Assembly: GCA_964016885.1 (NCBI GenBank)
Contig: OZ024747.1
Location: 56,544,001 to 56,608,000 of the forward strand
Direction of reading: 5' to 3'
Source: Eledone cirrhosa
Lineage: Eukaryota
DNA length: 64,000 nucleotides
In this document: positions 13,843 through 27,578 of the stretch, one piece after another
How positions within the stretch are numbered: position 1 is the first letter of the stretch
Layout: each line of letters begins with the position of its first letter
Made by a program: the position numbers and the translations under genes
The notes under the pieces: model-generated
The model's database searches: none
The model's input: only the letters and a program-made list of their open reading frames with translations
Told to the model about the DNA's origin: nothing

Positions 13843-14227
13843 GTATATATATATATATATATATATGTATATTGTATATATATATATGTATATATATATG
13901 TATGTGTGTGTATATTGTGTATATATATATATATGTATATTGTATATATATATATATATATATATTCATCATCATTGTTGGTTTAACGTCCGCTTTCCCT
14001 ACAAGCAAGGGTATATATATATATATATGTAAAAATATATATACACACACAAACATGGTAGTGTGGACTAAGGACCCATGGGGATCTGGATTCAGTCACA
14101 CCAGACAATGCAGCACCTTTGACAATTGTCTTCTGTTATAATCACAGGTTAATCAATGTCTTGTGCATAGAATTTGCTAGAGGGAAACTGCTGAAGCCCA
14201 TTGTATATATAAATATATATACACACA

Positions 14228-14302
<75 letters not shown>

Positions 14303-14619
14303 GTGTGTGCTTATATCCTGTAACTTAGCAGTTTGATATTGTGAGTAATAAAATAAGTAGTAGACTTGAAAATAGAAAAGTATTGGGGTGGATATGATCG
14401 AATAAATCAAAGGGCTGCAGTCTGTTGATGGAAACCAGTGAAAGAATTAAAGAATATTTATTATTATTTTGTTTTACGGGGGGGCGGTGGGCGTGTTTGC
14501 ATAGTGTTGTTACCGCTACCCTTTTAGTTATGGCAATTTTCATTTAAAAATATTTGAATATTTTTTTTGTAATTTTTGGTTAAATGATTTTTGTTATTTC
14601 AGAAAGGAGATTTTGAGAT

Positions 14620-15290
14620 GAATCACAGGCCTTCCTCCTTCTCCAAGTAAGGCCAGCCAAACTCATAGATGTTATCCAACCTACTTGTGTTTATGGTCTA
14701 CACCAGGGTCTCCTGCCATTTGGTTTTGCCTGTAAAATATGTCAAGCAATTCTTTCCTGAGATATTGGTGCTGTGATCACTGAATTCTGAGAAACAGCAG
14801 CTCAACCTGGACTGACTCTCTGATCTCTGAGATATGCATGCTATCAAGAAATATTACTCCAAAGACCCTTCGGAGGAACCCCATTTTGTCTTCTTGTATT
14901 TGCAATCATCTTCCTTTGGTCATTACCTAAAATTCATGACAATGGGTAAGAGTGAATCCTGTTCATCGAGATTATGAACAGGACAGGTGAAAGTATGCAC
15001 ACTTGGTGGAGTCTGGCTCTCACATTGAAGGGGCTTTGATTTAGCATAATGTATCCAGACACAAATACTAGGGCATTCATATAGAGACGTCAGGCCACAG
15101 GAAGCTCTTCTTTGCTACTATACTCCTGCATAAACTTCCAGAGCAGATCACATGATCTTTGTCTTTAAAAGCTTGCCAATCAAATGGTTAAGATTTCCCT
15201 TTTAGTTGTGTAAAAAAACATGACAACCTCTTTATTACTGGTATCATGATATGATGCACTCAGTAAAGCATAGGACTATATGTTAGACAG
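14620..15290 (-). pseudogene. Degenerate RTE-clade LINE fragment (RT plus C-terminus)
   Basis: Minus strand LHQVCILSPVLFIISMNR corresponds to the RT QG..LSP.LF motif. The C-terminal part is similar to 22410-22830 and 57560-58200. Confidence 0.7.
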
Positions 15291-15553
15291 GAACTCCTAA
15301 TCTGTCCGGACGGTCAGTAGACTTGTTTCAATGCTGATTCACTTTGTGAAGACCTGTCCAAACCTTAAATGATGAGGATAATATCTACGTAAGAAAACTC
15401 AACTAGGATAAAACAACATGGGTGAACTATATAATACAGTGAAGGTATACTAACTACAAATTTTATATAGTTGGAAAAGAGATTTAACATTTTAGACTAT
15501 ACTTTTATTGGGAGCTATATCTTTTATATATATATATACATATATATATATAC

Positions 15554-15586
<33 letters not shown>

Positions 15587-16567
15587 TGTGGTCGATTTGC
15601 GTGGCATATTATGTTTTTATTTTTATTATTTTAATATTTTTTAATATTTTTAATATTTTCATTTTTAATATGTAATATTTTTTAGTTTTCTTATTTATTT
15701 GTTTATTATTATTATTATTATTATTATTTTTTGTTTTTGTTTCTGATATTTTTATTAATATATTGAAATCTGTTCTCTATTTCTGCTTGATGGATAATCA
15801 TGTAGAGTAAAGACAAGAATAGTATTGTTAAAATTAATATAGACTCTATATATATGTGTATATATACACATATATGTATACTTAAATTTTTATAGCACAA
15901 TGAGAATGTTCTCTGTGTGAAATAGGGGTTTGCAGAGTTGATCACGTAAATTCACATCGATGTTTGTAGTTATCATATAAACATATGAATTTTTAAAACT
16001 AGATATAAGATCATTACTTTTCACACATTATAGATACGTGTCTCATTCAGGAATACTGATATTTACATTATAGTGCCTGGTTTATACGAACTAATATTTC
16101 TACATTAAAACATAGGGTTTTTAAATTCTGCCTCGCCTATGTCTGGTTACTTTTCATTTTTCTCTCTATATAACGGCTGGTTTCTTTCCTAACCACATAT
16201 ATCTCCCTTACATTAATACTAGAGCTAAATAAATAAATAAATAAATAAATGTATCACTGATACGTCGTTCAACTACCTACTTTTCTCTATATATATCTAT
16301 CTCTATCTATTTCCTCTCTCTATATATCTCTCTCTGTTTCTTTACATGAAGTTCTTCTCTTTATCTCTCTTTCCATCTCTCTATTTTGTTGCATGCATTT
16401 CTTCTTTTTCTTCTTTTTCTTCTTTTTCTTCGTTTTCTTTCTTTCCTTCTTTCTTTCTTTCTTTCTTTCTGTTTACAATTTTTCACTGCCAAATCAACTT
16501 TTTCAAATACAAGTCGATGTTGAACGGTATGTCAAATCTATTTATCTATAAAACTGTCTATATTGTA

Positions 16568-16629
16568 TTTTGTCTGAAGAAGGCATAACATATTGTTAAT
16601 ATGATATCCCTGAAATATATATAATGAAA
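16568..16629 (+). ncRNA. Type I hammerhead ribozyme motif (same family as 615-671)
   Basis: TTTTGT-CTGAAGA-AGG C ATA A CATATT gtt AATATG A TAT C CCT-GAAA-TATATA-TA-ATGAAA. The downstream ~50 bp match 672-715. Confidence 0.78.
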
Positions 16630-16758
16630 TAAATATGGTTTTATAAATATAGTTTCCATTTATTTAATATCGTAAATATACTCCAAATACTTGTTGAGTG
16701 CTTTTATATCAGTTATAAATATTTACTAGTTGTAACCCAACAATTTAAATATAACTTT

Positions 16759-16790
<32 letters not shown>

Positions 16791-16792
<2 letters not shown>

Positions 16793-17053
16793 CGAAGGCC
16801 GTTTCGACGGCTAATTCAGAAAATATGTCAAGCAATTCTTTCCTGAGATATTGGTGCTGTGATCACTGAATTCTGAGAAACAGCAGCTCAACCTGGACTG
16901 ACTCTCTGATCTCTGAGATATGCATGCTATCAAGAAATATTACTCCAAATATCACTCAGTAAAGCATAGGACTATATGTTAGACATGAACTCCTTAATTC
17001 AGAGAATTAGCCGTCGAAACGGCTTGAGCTCAGCCGTCGGGGTCTTACTGGTT

Positions 17054-17055
<2 letters not shown>
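16791..17055. mobile_element. Unclassified (TA)n-embedded element, copy 2, carrying captured local DNA
   Basis: Same termini as 351-455. A perfect 20-bp inverted repeat (16798-16817/17004-17023) encloses copies of 14734-14863 and 15257-15298. Confidence 0.8.
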
Positions 17056-17121
<66 letters not shown>

Positions 17122-17138
17122 AAGATTTTGTTGGATCA

Positions 17139-17228
17139 CCAGTCTGAAGAGCAGATCGATAATGGAGTTGAGTCTGTAACTTCTATGGATGACCCTGAAC
17201 TAATCCTCTGTGAAATACACATAACAGG
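17139..17228 (+). ncRNA. Degenerate hammerhead ribozyme motif
   Basis: CCAGT-CTGAAGA-GCAGA...TCTGT-GAAA-TACACA-TA-ACAGG. Stem I has one mismatch and the stem III palindrome has decayed. Confidence 0.55.
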
Positions 17229-17284
17229 CTGATACACAATAAAAAAACTAAATACATGTACATGAAACTTTATCGATTTTATTA

Positions 17285-17316
<32 letters not shown>

Positions 17317-17333
17317 ACATATATATATATATA

Positions 17334-17364
17334 CTAGCAGTGTATCCCGGCATGTTTGCATGGG
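17334..17364 (-). mobile_element. Helitron-like 3' terminus
   Basis: Minus strand: imperfect GC-rich hairpin CCCATGCAAACATGCCGGG, then ~8 nt, then CTAG|T inside (TA)n. Confidence 0.4.
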
Positions 17365-17417
17365 TAAGAACATTGGTAATAGCACCCCCAATGAGAAACG
17401 TTTATTTGTGAGTGCTT

Positions 17418-18020
17418 GAGGCATAACGGTTAGGTGGTAGCAGATGACGGTTGCGATGAACGCATTCACCACCTCTGCCCGACCTTTCAGGGACAGCTTC
17501 CTCTCAGCCCATTTCTGGGTGAGAGCGGCCACCCTGTTCGTCACCTCACTCCAGATTTTCTCTATCTGGAGGTCCGGACCGAACCAGACCCTGACCAATT
17601 TAACCGGTCCTTCTGTCCAGCGCCCCACGATGCTGTCGGGTGGAATGGACTTGCCTCTCCAGGTGCCAAGCTGCAAGCCCACTGACTTTTCTTGGTTTAA
17701 CTTTGCTCCTGTCACTGCTTCATATTCCTTGAGAGCGGTGCCGAGCATCTGGACATGTCTAGCGCTTGACCAGACCCGCTCTGATTATGCGCCTGTAGAC
17801 TGAGGAGTGGAAAACTGAGAGAAGGTGCTTGCCGTGGTGGTCAGGGTGGCGGTGGTCTTTTGTGTGGTTTTCGCCACGAGTGACCCTTGGAAGTTTCCTC
17901 CCTATTGGGGAATTTTTGAATTTTTTGATATTTCTATCTTCTTGTTATAACCTTTTTTACAGGGCCAAATCCACGCTAGAGAGAACTCGTCCATGGATCT
18001 CGGCAATTTTACCCGCCCTA
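17418..18020 (-). pseudogene. Rearranged Tx1/L1-clade LINE pieces
   Basis: Minus ORF YEAVTGAKLNQEKS..WAERKLSLKGRAEVVNAFI is an L1/Tx1 RT C-terminal region. It adjoins a plus-strand 3'UTR-like piece (CCCTATTGGGGA) and an ORF-end-like piece abutting (GATA)n. Confidence 0.75.
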
Positions 18021-18384
18021 GATAGATAGATATATTTTTATTTGTATATTTATATATAAGTATATGTGTATGTATATATGTGTATATGTGTTTGTATATG
18101 TATGAATATATATATATTATATATATATATGTATGTATATGTGTATATATGTGTGCGTATATGTATATATGTGTGTGTATATATATATATATATAGATGT
18201 AGATGTGTATATGTATATATATGTATATATATGTGTGTGTGTGTGTGTGTGTGAATGTGGCGAAGATAATACGTCAGCAATGACGTGCTGGTCATAATGT
18301 CGTTATGCAGACAGCTAGACATACAATCGGTACAGTATATGGAAGGTATATATTAGGATAACGCTTGATATAGCAAGAAGAGGG

Positions 18385-18420
18385 TCTTAACGTTTCGGAC
18401 GCTAGTCCTTCATCAGAAGA
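18385..18420 (-). ncRNA. Compact type I hammerhead ribozyme motif typical of Penelope-like element repeats
   Basis: Minus strand TCTT-CTGATGA-A-GGAC tagc GTCC-GAAA-CG-TT-AAGA. Stem I TCTT/AAGA; minimal palindromic stem III (ACGT). Confidence 0.8.
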
Positions 18421-18778
18421 AAGCATGAGAAATATGATAGATTAAGGGAATGGGTGGGATGAAATTGGAAAAAATATCTTTAGATAAAAATAATTGGTCC
18501 ATTTATGTTGACATCTCTTGCAATATATATATATATATATGATTATGTTATATATCATTATATCTTTAATACAGGCTCTTACAAGCTTTGCTAAAATTTG
18601 TAGGAAAATAAAAAATAGTTATATAGTGAGTACAGACAAATGTCCACAAAAAATATGAAGTAAAGCTATAAAATGTTATCATTAAAATACTTCAATATTA
18701 TTTGCTATACTACCCAAAACAACGTATCTATATCAATATGTACATGTATATATCAATTTAAATGTACATGTATATATA

Positions 18779-18809
<31 letters not shown>

Positions 18810-19064
18810 GCATAAATATGTAAGTATGTATATATGTATGTATGTTTGTGTGTGTGTATATGTATGTATATATATGTATGTATGTGTGTGTATGTATGCA
18901 TGTATGTATAGATACACGTGTATGTGTGTATGTATGTATGTATGTATGTACGTGTGTTTAGTAGAGTACAGTAGAGTAATTTCTAACTAAGTATTTACAT
19001 TGAAATAGTAAATAGTAGCTTACAGATCATCTTAAGACGACTTGTTGTTTTTCATTTCATACAG

Positions 19065-19184
19065 CAATTACACTAAGGAACAAATAATGGTTTTCCAACG
19101 AAATTTTGTGAAGCATAAAATTCCTTGTGATATTTTGATCTTGGCAAGAATTTTGTCTCCGAGGATTGTCAAAAAGAGAGTTTG
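19065..19184 (+). CDS. Candidate internal exon of an unidentified host gene
   Basis: ttttcatttcatacag| 120 nt open as NYTKEQIMVFQRNFVKHKIPCDILILARILSPRIVKKRV |gtaagg. A unique-sequence island between microsatellites; no homology recognised. Confidence 0.3.
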
Positions 19185-19457
19185 GTAAGGTATGGGAAAA
19201 CAATAAATAAATACATATGTGTATAAGTGTGTGTGTGTTAAGTTAAATATAATTGCCTTTCCTATGTCAGTATATGAGTGTCCATGCATTATATCTATGT
19301 GTGCGTGTGTCAGTGTTGGTTTATGTGCTTAGGTGTGTGTGTGTGTATCTGTATTTGTGTATATGAATCTTTGTATATCTATATCTATAGCTATCTCTCT
19401 CTCTATATATATATATATATGTATGTATGTGTATGTATGTTTATATGTATATGTAGT

Positions 19458-19501
<44 letters not shown>

Positions 19502-19658
19502 AATACATATACATATAAACATACATACACATACATACATACATATATATATATATATAGAGAGAGAGATAGATATAGATATACATATATATATATATAT
19601 ATATATGTATATTTCTATGTATGTATATATGTATGTATATATATATATGTATGAGTGT

Positions 19659-19692
<34 letters not shown>

Positions 19693-19767
19693 GTATGTAT
19701 ATACACATATATATATATATTTATATATAAATATATGTGTATGTATATATATATGTATATATATATA

Positions 19768-19847
<80 letters not shown>

Positions 19848-19918
19848 TATATATATATACATACATATATATATATACATACACATATATTTATATATAA
19901 ATATATATATTTGTGTAT

Positions 19919-19961
<43 letters not shown>

Positions 19962-19980
19962 TATGTATGTATATACACAC

Positions 19981-20012
<32 letters not shown>

Positions 20013-20351
20013 ATATGTATGTATATACACACATATATATATATATATTTATATATATATATATATATGTGTATATGTATATATATGTGTGTGTGTGTGT
20101 GTTGTAAATAAATAATAGATAAAGTTCCAGAGACATTCATATAAATGTAATAAGAAATTAGAGAAGAATATGAAAAATGATTGAATAAAGAAAAAACATA
20201 AGAAAACAAAAAAAAGGAGCAAACATATAATGTAAAATAAAAGAGTGAGGAGGGGGTCTAGAATAAAATCTAATCTAACTGATTCAATATATAATTGATT
20301 AGCAATGAGTTTATACACCCTCACTGACATAGACACACACATGTATATATA

Positions 20352-20424
<73 letters not shown>

Positions 20425-20573
20425 GTATGTATGCATATGTATGTATATAACTATATATTTACAATCAGAATGAAACTCTCAAGACACAAATCAGATTGTC
20501 CTGAAGCAAGTATCATATATATGCTACACACACACATACATATTTATATGTGTGTTTATATAAACATATATAC

Positions 20574-20604
<31 letters not shown>

Positions 20605-20618
20605 TATAGAGATAGATA

Positions 20619-21590
20619 CATTTCTTTATTAGCCACAAGGGCACACAAGAAGGGGACAGATACATATGGGGAGTTTACATACAGGTATATGAAAATAAAA
20701 CTATTAATACAATAACAAATAACAATTGAAATCCCCAATAGGGGGAAGGTGTTACACGGAGGTTGTACACACCCCGAAAAAATGTACAACCCTCATCTCC
20801 AGGAGCACCAAGAGTGAGTACTCCCTTCCTCTCTTCCTCTTTTTCCTCAACCTACAGGCTTATATAGAGAGCAGGCCCAACCACTCAGGCCATATTTGCC
20901 ACATTCACCCACCTTTTATAAAATTTGCTGGGGTACAGTACCTCTCTCTCCATCCTGATTCTTCTTCCAAAATGATATTTGAAAAAACGAATCAGTTGCT
21001 CGCCGGAGAGAAAGGTGTCTGACCCCAGCCCTTTTAACCTCATCCACCATATAACCTCTTTCACCATAGCCATAACACATAGGAAAACCGCCTCTCCCTC
21101 GTTTTTGAAGGAGGGTGGCGGTTTGATCATGACAATGGACTTGGTGGTCAACTGGATTGGTCCCACCCGCGACAATAGTCGTTCTACATAGCCCCACAGG
21201 TCGGTAACGCCCGGGCAGTGTACAAATTCATGTGCAACGGTTTCCTCGTCACGCACGCATCTTGGACAGATCTTTTTTGAAGGGTCCCTACCCGGGCGCC
21301 CGTGACTATAGAGCTTGTCTCGAACTGGTAGAGCTCCTCGGTAGCACTGCCAGGCCAGGGACTTTTGGAAGTTGTCCATTGGTCCCGGGCGGAAGGTCCT
21401 ACCGAACAGACTGGCCAGTTCGTCCTCCTTTACGCCTAGAGTTTCTCCGAATGTGTTGTCGCACTTGCTGCGGACCAACCCTCTATAGAATCTCGAAGTG
21501 GAGTCTCCACTGATCGCCGGGTCCGTTTGCCAGAGGACTGTGAGCGCTTGAGCACATTCGATATGCCAGTCGCCCATTTTCCTCGGTCTT
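20619..21590 (-). mobile_element. 5'-truncated Tx1/L1-clade LINE (zf-RVT/CCHC C-terminus plus 3' UTR)
   Basis: ORF 20885-21577 has FQKSLAWQCYRGALPVRDKL..CPRC..EETVAHEFVHC. The 3' end is GTGGCTAATAAAGAAA, with TATC repeats on both sides. Confidence 0.88.
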
Positions 21591-21619
21591 TATATATAGA
21601 TAGATAGATAGATACACAC

Positions 21620-22010
21620 ATGTATATTTTCCATGCTTGTATGAGTTGGAGAGTTCCTTCTGAACACGGAATCTTTCCACTCATCATGTTCCTTCTGAAC
21701 ACGGAATCTTTCTACTCATCACCTTCCTTTATCACCTCCTCTGTGAATCTCAGCAATTTGTGGTCAGATCTCACCACATCTGCCTAGGTCTTTCTTCGTC
21801 TACCACTACTGCGGCTTCTTTCCACTGGGATTTCTTCACCCATTGATTATCTTCTTCCCAATACCCTACCTCAGAATCCTCTTAAACCTAGCTTCACCCT
21901 TAACTCATTCAAGCTTTGCCTCTCTCTCATCTAACGAAGCATGCCCTCTGTAGTCATAGCCCATGTTTCACTAACATGCAGCATTGCACTTCCTCTGTAC
22001 ATGGCTTTCA
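21620..22010 (-). mobile_element. Degenerate RTE 3' fragment
   Basis: Remnants of RTE C-terminal coding sequence and a CAAGCATGGAAAA tail; contains a 34-bp tandem duplication. Confidence 0.55.
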
Positions 22011-22368
22011 TTGCTCTCACCACCCATTCTTCTACATCTAATATCCTTAAGGACCACATCTAATATCCTTAAGGCCTTTCTAGATCAACAAAAGCTAGGT
22101 ATAGTGGGTTATTTTTGGCTAAGAACTCTCACTGTACATTATTGAATTTCAATTTGGAGAAGCATTCTGTCCATATAATAAATTTGAATGATCAGAAGGC
22201 CAAACAATGTTTATAAAAATTAAAGACGGAAAAATATGGACAGAGGTTCCTATGAGGATAAGTATGTTCTTTTTTTATTTTTGCTGTCTCAAGATGTAAT
22301 TTAGCCAATTCTTCAACTATTATTTATAATGATTGACTGATTTTATAGTACACCACCACCACCATCAC

Positions 22369-22402
<34 letters not shown>

Positions 22403-22409
22403 TTCTTCT

Positions 22410-22830
22410 TATTCATGGGTCATAGAGGAAGAGTCCTCAATCACTACTTCCAGTGGGTCTTGTCAGAAGCGACTGTCTCCAGCTGGTCTGGCTGGATCCG
22501 CAAGCGAGACCAGCAAAATCTCATGAATGGTATCCAACCATCTTGCTTGGGGGGTCTACCCCTGGCTCTCCTGTTATTTGGTTTTTGCCTACAAAATCTT
22601 TCCAGCAATTCTTTCCTGGGACATTCTAACCATATCGGAGCTCCGGAGCTCTGATCTCTCAATTTGGGGAAGTAGTGGCTCTACCAGGAGTGACACGCTG
22701 ATCTCCAAGCTATACACTCTCTATCAAGTAACATTACTCTAAATATCCTTTGGAGGAACACCATTATGTTCACTTGTATTCGTGATCGTATTATTTCCGG
22801 CTTTATCCAAGATTCATGACCATAACCAAC
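22410..22830 (-). mobile_element. RTE-clade LINE 3' fragment
   Basis: Minus-strand peptide QKPNNRRARGRPPKQ..W; tail of (GAA)/(GAT)n; related to 14620-14960 and 57560-58200. Confidence 0.7.
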
Positions 22831-23282
22831 AGCAGTTATTACGTTTTTCTTTCTATGTTTGGGAAACTCACATTTTCAATTTTCATACAGTCCCAGAACT
22901 TTGATATTTCATAAAAATATATTTATAATAATAATTTCTAAAGTTGGCACCAAGCAATAAATGCATGTGAAAGAAATAGTGGAGGCATTCAAGCATAATA
23001 TTTGACAACTACTTTATTTATCAATCAGCAAAAAGGATTAAAGTTGAAGTTGAACCAAGCAGCTTTTAAACTGAGAATGATGTAAACTTTCTACATAAAC
23101 TAAATCTGGCGTCTTACCAATTAATTCTGATACCACTCCACCACCACCACTACTAACACTAGAGAAATGATAATATTGGTGTTCTTATATTAATGAAAAT
23201 TGAACAGATACAATAAAAAAACTTGTGTATACGTATGTATATACTTGAAGTGAAAATCATGTAAAAAAATGTGTGTATATAT

Positions 23283-23354
<72 letters not shown>

Positions 23355-23404
23355 TATGTGTGTATAAATATAAATATATATATATATATGTGTATATATG
23401 GATG

Positions 23405-23439
<35 letters not shown>

Positions 23440-24127
23440 TTATATATATAAATAGTGAAAGTGAAAATCATGTCAACAATTTGCCAACATAAGAAAAAAT
23501 ATAAAGAAGAGACTATTTCTTTGATAGAACATTTTTTACTCAACCGTTATTACGATTTTGAAATATTGATTACAATAATATTAATATTTATAATAAAACT
23601 TAGATGTTTTCACTTGGCATAAATCGTAATACATAAAACTAAGTGTCTTTACAGTAATTATTTTGTGAGGTCTTTTTTACATCTTATATTCTGAGCTCAA
23701 TTCTTATTTATATATATGAGATGGTATGTATGTTTGTAAATAAAATATGTATACACGTATGTATTCATATATATATATTTCAAGATAGAGTAAAAAAAAA
23801 AATAAAAAGGAGAGAAAAGATATTGGAAAGCAAATTAAATGAAAGCATAAAATATAATGAAAAGTTGACAATAAAAATATATACATATATAAATTTTTAC
23901 ATATATGTATGCATGCCCACACACACATACACCCACAGGCATATATATATATCATCTGCATCATCATCATCATCATCATTTTTCTATCCATTTTTTCATG
24001 CTTGAATGGATATATATATACATACACACTTACATACACTCATGCATACATGCATTTACACACACATTAACATACACACACACACACATATATATAACAG
24101 CATCATAAACAAGTTTGATAAAATAAG

Positions 24128-24160
<33 letters not shown>

Positions 24161-24460
24161 GATGCATACATTTAAGTAAGTTTGTATGTATGTATCTCTC
24201 TATCTCTAGGTATGTGTGACTGTGTGTGTACAGTTCATCAAATGACAAAAGACGCACATTTCTGAGATTCAGTTTTCATTTTCCCATGACGCAGAAATTG
24301 GTACAGCGCCAAATTCTATAAAATACAAACAAATCCTTTTATTTTTATAAATTTTGTTTCCTGAATAACTTGCTTATATTTGTGTAAAATGTGACTGTAA
24401 AGTGTCTCAGGAAATCAATACATGTATATATATATATATACATAAACATACACACACATT

Positions 24461-24498
<38 letters not shown>

Positions 24499-24563
24499 TA
24501 TATACCATATATATACACATATGCTTGGGAGTGTTGGCCCAACATATCTATTTTTTTATTTGT

Positions 24564-24609
<46 letters not shown>

Positions 24610-24865
24610 CATTTATTTTACTTTATTCCATAAAAAAATCTTGTTTCGATTTCCCTCCAGTGAATTTAATTGAAAAGAAAAAAAAATTGATATATAAATA
24701 TTACAAAGTAAAATAAAAAAAAAATTATTCTGCAGATACGTTTATTTTTTGTAATATGATGTCCTGTGTGTGACTGTGTATTTCTATGCATATCAATTTA
24801 TATATATATATATATAAGTGTATGTGTGTCTACACACGCATATATATATATATATATATATATGT

Positions 24866-24904
<39 letters not shown>

Positions 24905-25014
24905 TACATTTATATATGTATACATAAAATGAATTTGTGTGTGTAGGTGTATATAATGTTGTATATATATATGTATCAACATTATATACAATACACATGT
25001 ATATACATGTATAT

Positions 25015-25069
<55 letters not shown>

Positions 25070-25362
25070 AAGTGCATGAACATCCATTTACAATCACACA
25101 TACATACTCCGCACCACCCATTACACACCCACACATATTTCACATACTGACACATACACGTATAATACCAACATATATGTTTCTATCACAATTCTTTAAA
25201 GATTTCAGTCAATAATTTTTTTTCTCTTCTTCCTTTTGAGACATTTTTTCATTGCCAAAATTTTAGGATATTTTTAGCTTCCAAAATATTATTATCATCA
25301 CTTTTATTATTGTTATTATTATTGCTGCCATTATTGCTATTATTATTGTTGTTGTTGTTGTT

Positions 25363-25474
<112 letters not shown>

Positions 25475-27049
25475 TCATCCCCCTCATCATCAACCCCCAC
25501 CAGCATCATCATCAGAACCATCACCACAACCACCAACAGCAACAACACCACTAACACCTCCACCATACCACCAAATCTTCCTTTCATATTTTTCATGACA
25601 TGTTTTTACATCTGTTTGATGGGGGCTCATGGATTTTGAGAAAATCACATTTTTTCCTTCAAAAACTTTCAGATTTCGTTATTTTTATTTATATATTCCT
25701 TAAGTTATTTCATTTTTAGTTTTACATTTATTTATTTCATTTATTTGTTAGCTTATTCGGAGTCTTGTCTTTCCCTTCTTTCCATTCTTCATTTTCCTAC
25801 AGGGGTCAGCTCCATTTATGTATGTATGCTTGTATGTATGCATATAATTATATATATATATATATATATATAAACACACAAATATAACCCCATTTATATA
25901 TATGTATTTGAATATATATCTATATATATATAAATTTGGATGTAAAACCTATTTATCCAATTCATATTTAAAAGAGAATTTACAAACCTTGTGTTTAGGG
26001 TGTGCTCATGATCATATGGTCGAGGGTTCAAATTCCAGGCAACTCAATGCATTGTGTTCTTGTGCAAGACAATCCATTTCACATTATTGTAGTTCACATA
26101 GCTGAAAATAAGTACCAGTGGCAAGTGGGAGCTAGCATTGCAATGAACTGGTGTCCTATTTAGAAAGAAGTCTTGTAACCTCAGTCACTTAATGCCCATG
26201 AAACTGGGATAAGCTCTAGACTTCATCCAGTTTGGGTAAAACTGGCTGAAACACATAAAACAATGACACAACTATATGTCTATATGTTTAATTGGAGGTT
26301 ATTAATATTACATTAGCCAAATTGTCTTATGCTTTGTAAGACAGTAGGATAGCATTATTTAACGGGAGTTTTTATGTTTGTTATTCTAGCAAATGAAGCA
26401 TCCCTATAGAATTTCCCCCTATCCTTCCTAACTGCATTTAAATACTAAACTGTGAAACTGAAACAAGAATTGTATAGTTGACAGCTTGCTACACACTTTG
26501 GGTGAAACCAGCAGACTTGTATGTTCCTTGGGAAAATATCTACCATAATACAATACAGATTATCATCGCCATCAACATGTGTCCAATTCCTATGTTGGTA
26601 TGGTTTGGATGTGTCAGTTCTTATTCAGATTTACTCTTTTCCAAGATGAGTTGTAAACAATATCACACATATATGTTAAATGTGACTATTCTGAGACAAT
26701 GTTTTCAAAAGTATTGGTGATTATATTGTCCCCAAGTACTTCTAGATTGGTGTATATTTCTATTGACACTGAAAAGATTAAGAAGAGAGAGATTTAAGAT
26801 GGCAGAAGAAAATGGTGAAGTTGAACCATTTAATGGAGATGACAACAAGCTTCAATAATTGGTGAAACACTATGTTGAATAAGGCTTGTCAATCAGTGGT
26901 TAAAATGGTTAAATTCCCTGCCAAACCTGGAGGCTCATCAGGCCAGATGTTATCTTAGTTTATTTGATGATAAGTGGCTTAGAATGCAATACTTATCTCT
27001 GGATGGGTTGCCAGTTCATTGCAAGTTTAACTCACAGTTGCTGGTGCTG

Positions 27050-27390
27050 GGTAAGGATGAAAGGCAAAGTTAACTTCAGTGGGATTTGAACTCAGACCGT
27101 AAAGAGCTGTAACTCTATACTGCAAAGCATGGCATCTGACCCTCTACTGTTACTGCCAAATAATAATAATAACAACAACAATAATAATAATAATTTCTAC
27201 TATAGGCACAATGCCAGCAATTTTAGGGGAGGGGAAATTTGATTAAATCGACCCCAGTACTTGCAGGTGCTTTATTTATCGACTCCGTAAGGATAAAAGG
27301 CAAAGCTAACTTCGACTGGATTTGAACTCAGAACATAAATGGCCATAACTCTATGCCATAAAGCATGGTGTCTAATGTTCTACCAATACT
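27050..27390 (-). mobile_element. Two tandem SINE family B copies
   Basis: Reverse-complement family B units separated by (AAT/AAC)n. Confidence 0.8.
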
Positions 27391-27394
27391 TCAA

Positions 27395-27578
27395 GAATTC
27401 TTAAAGTGACTGGGAATATCATACAGTTTGGGTGTTATACAAAAGGCAGCTTTGCTAGGTACTGCACACATTTTCAGGAAAGTATTATCTCTCTGAGGTC
27501 CTTGTTGCAACTTGACAAATGACTAAATGCTCCTGTGCATTATCCATCTGCACTGTGTAGCAGAGTGATAATAATAAC
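27395..27578 (+). mobile_element. R4/Dong-like 3' end fragment
   Basis: LGVIQKAALLGTAHIFRKVLSL* parallels LQKACFLGTARTLRYVLNI* at about 51000; ends at (TAA)n. Confidence 0.7.

Noticed and set aside
19065-19145. Resemblance of NYTKEQ..KIPCDIL to a GH31 glucosidase segment
   Set aside because: Lacks the following conserved Asp (D.DW/Y), and no other GH31-like exons were found; not assigned.
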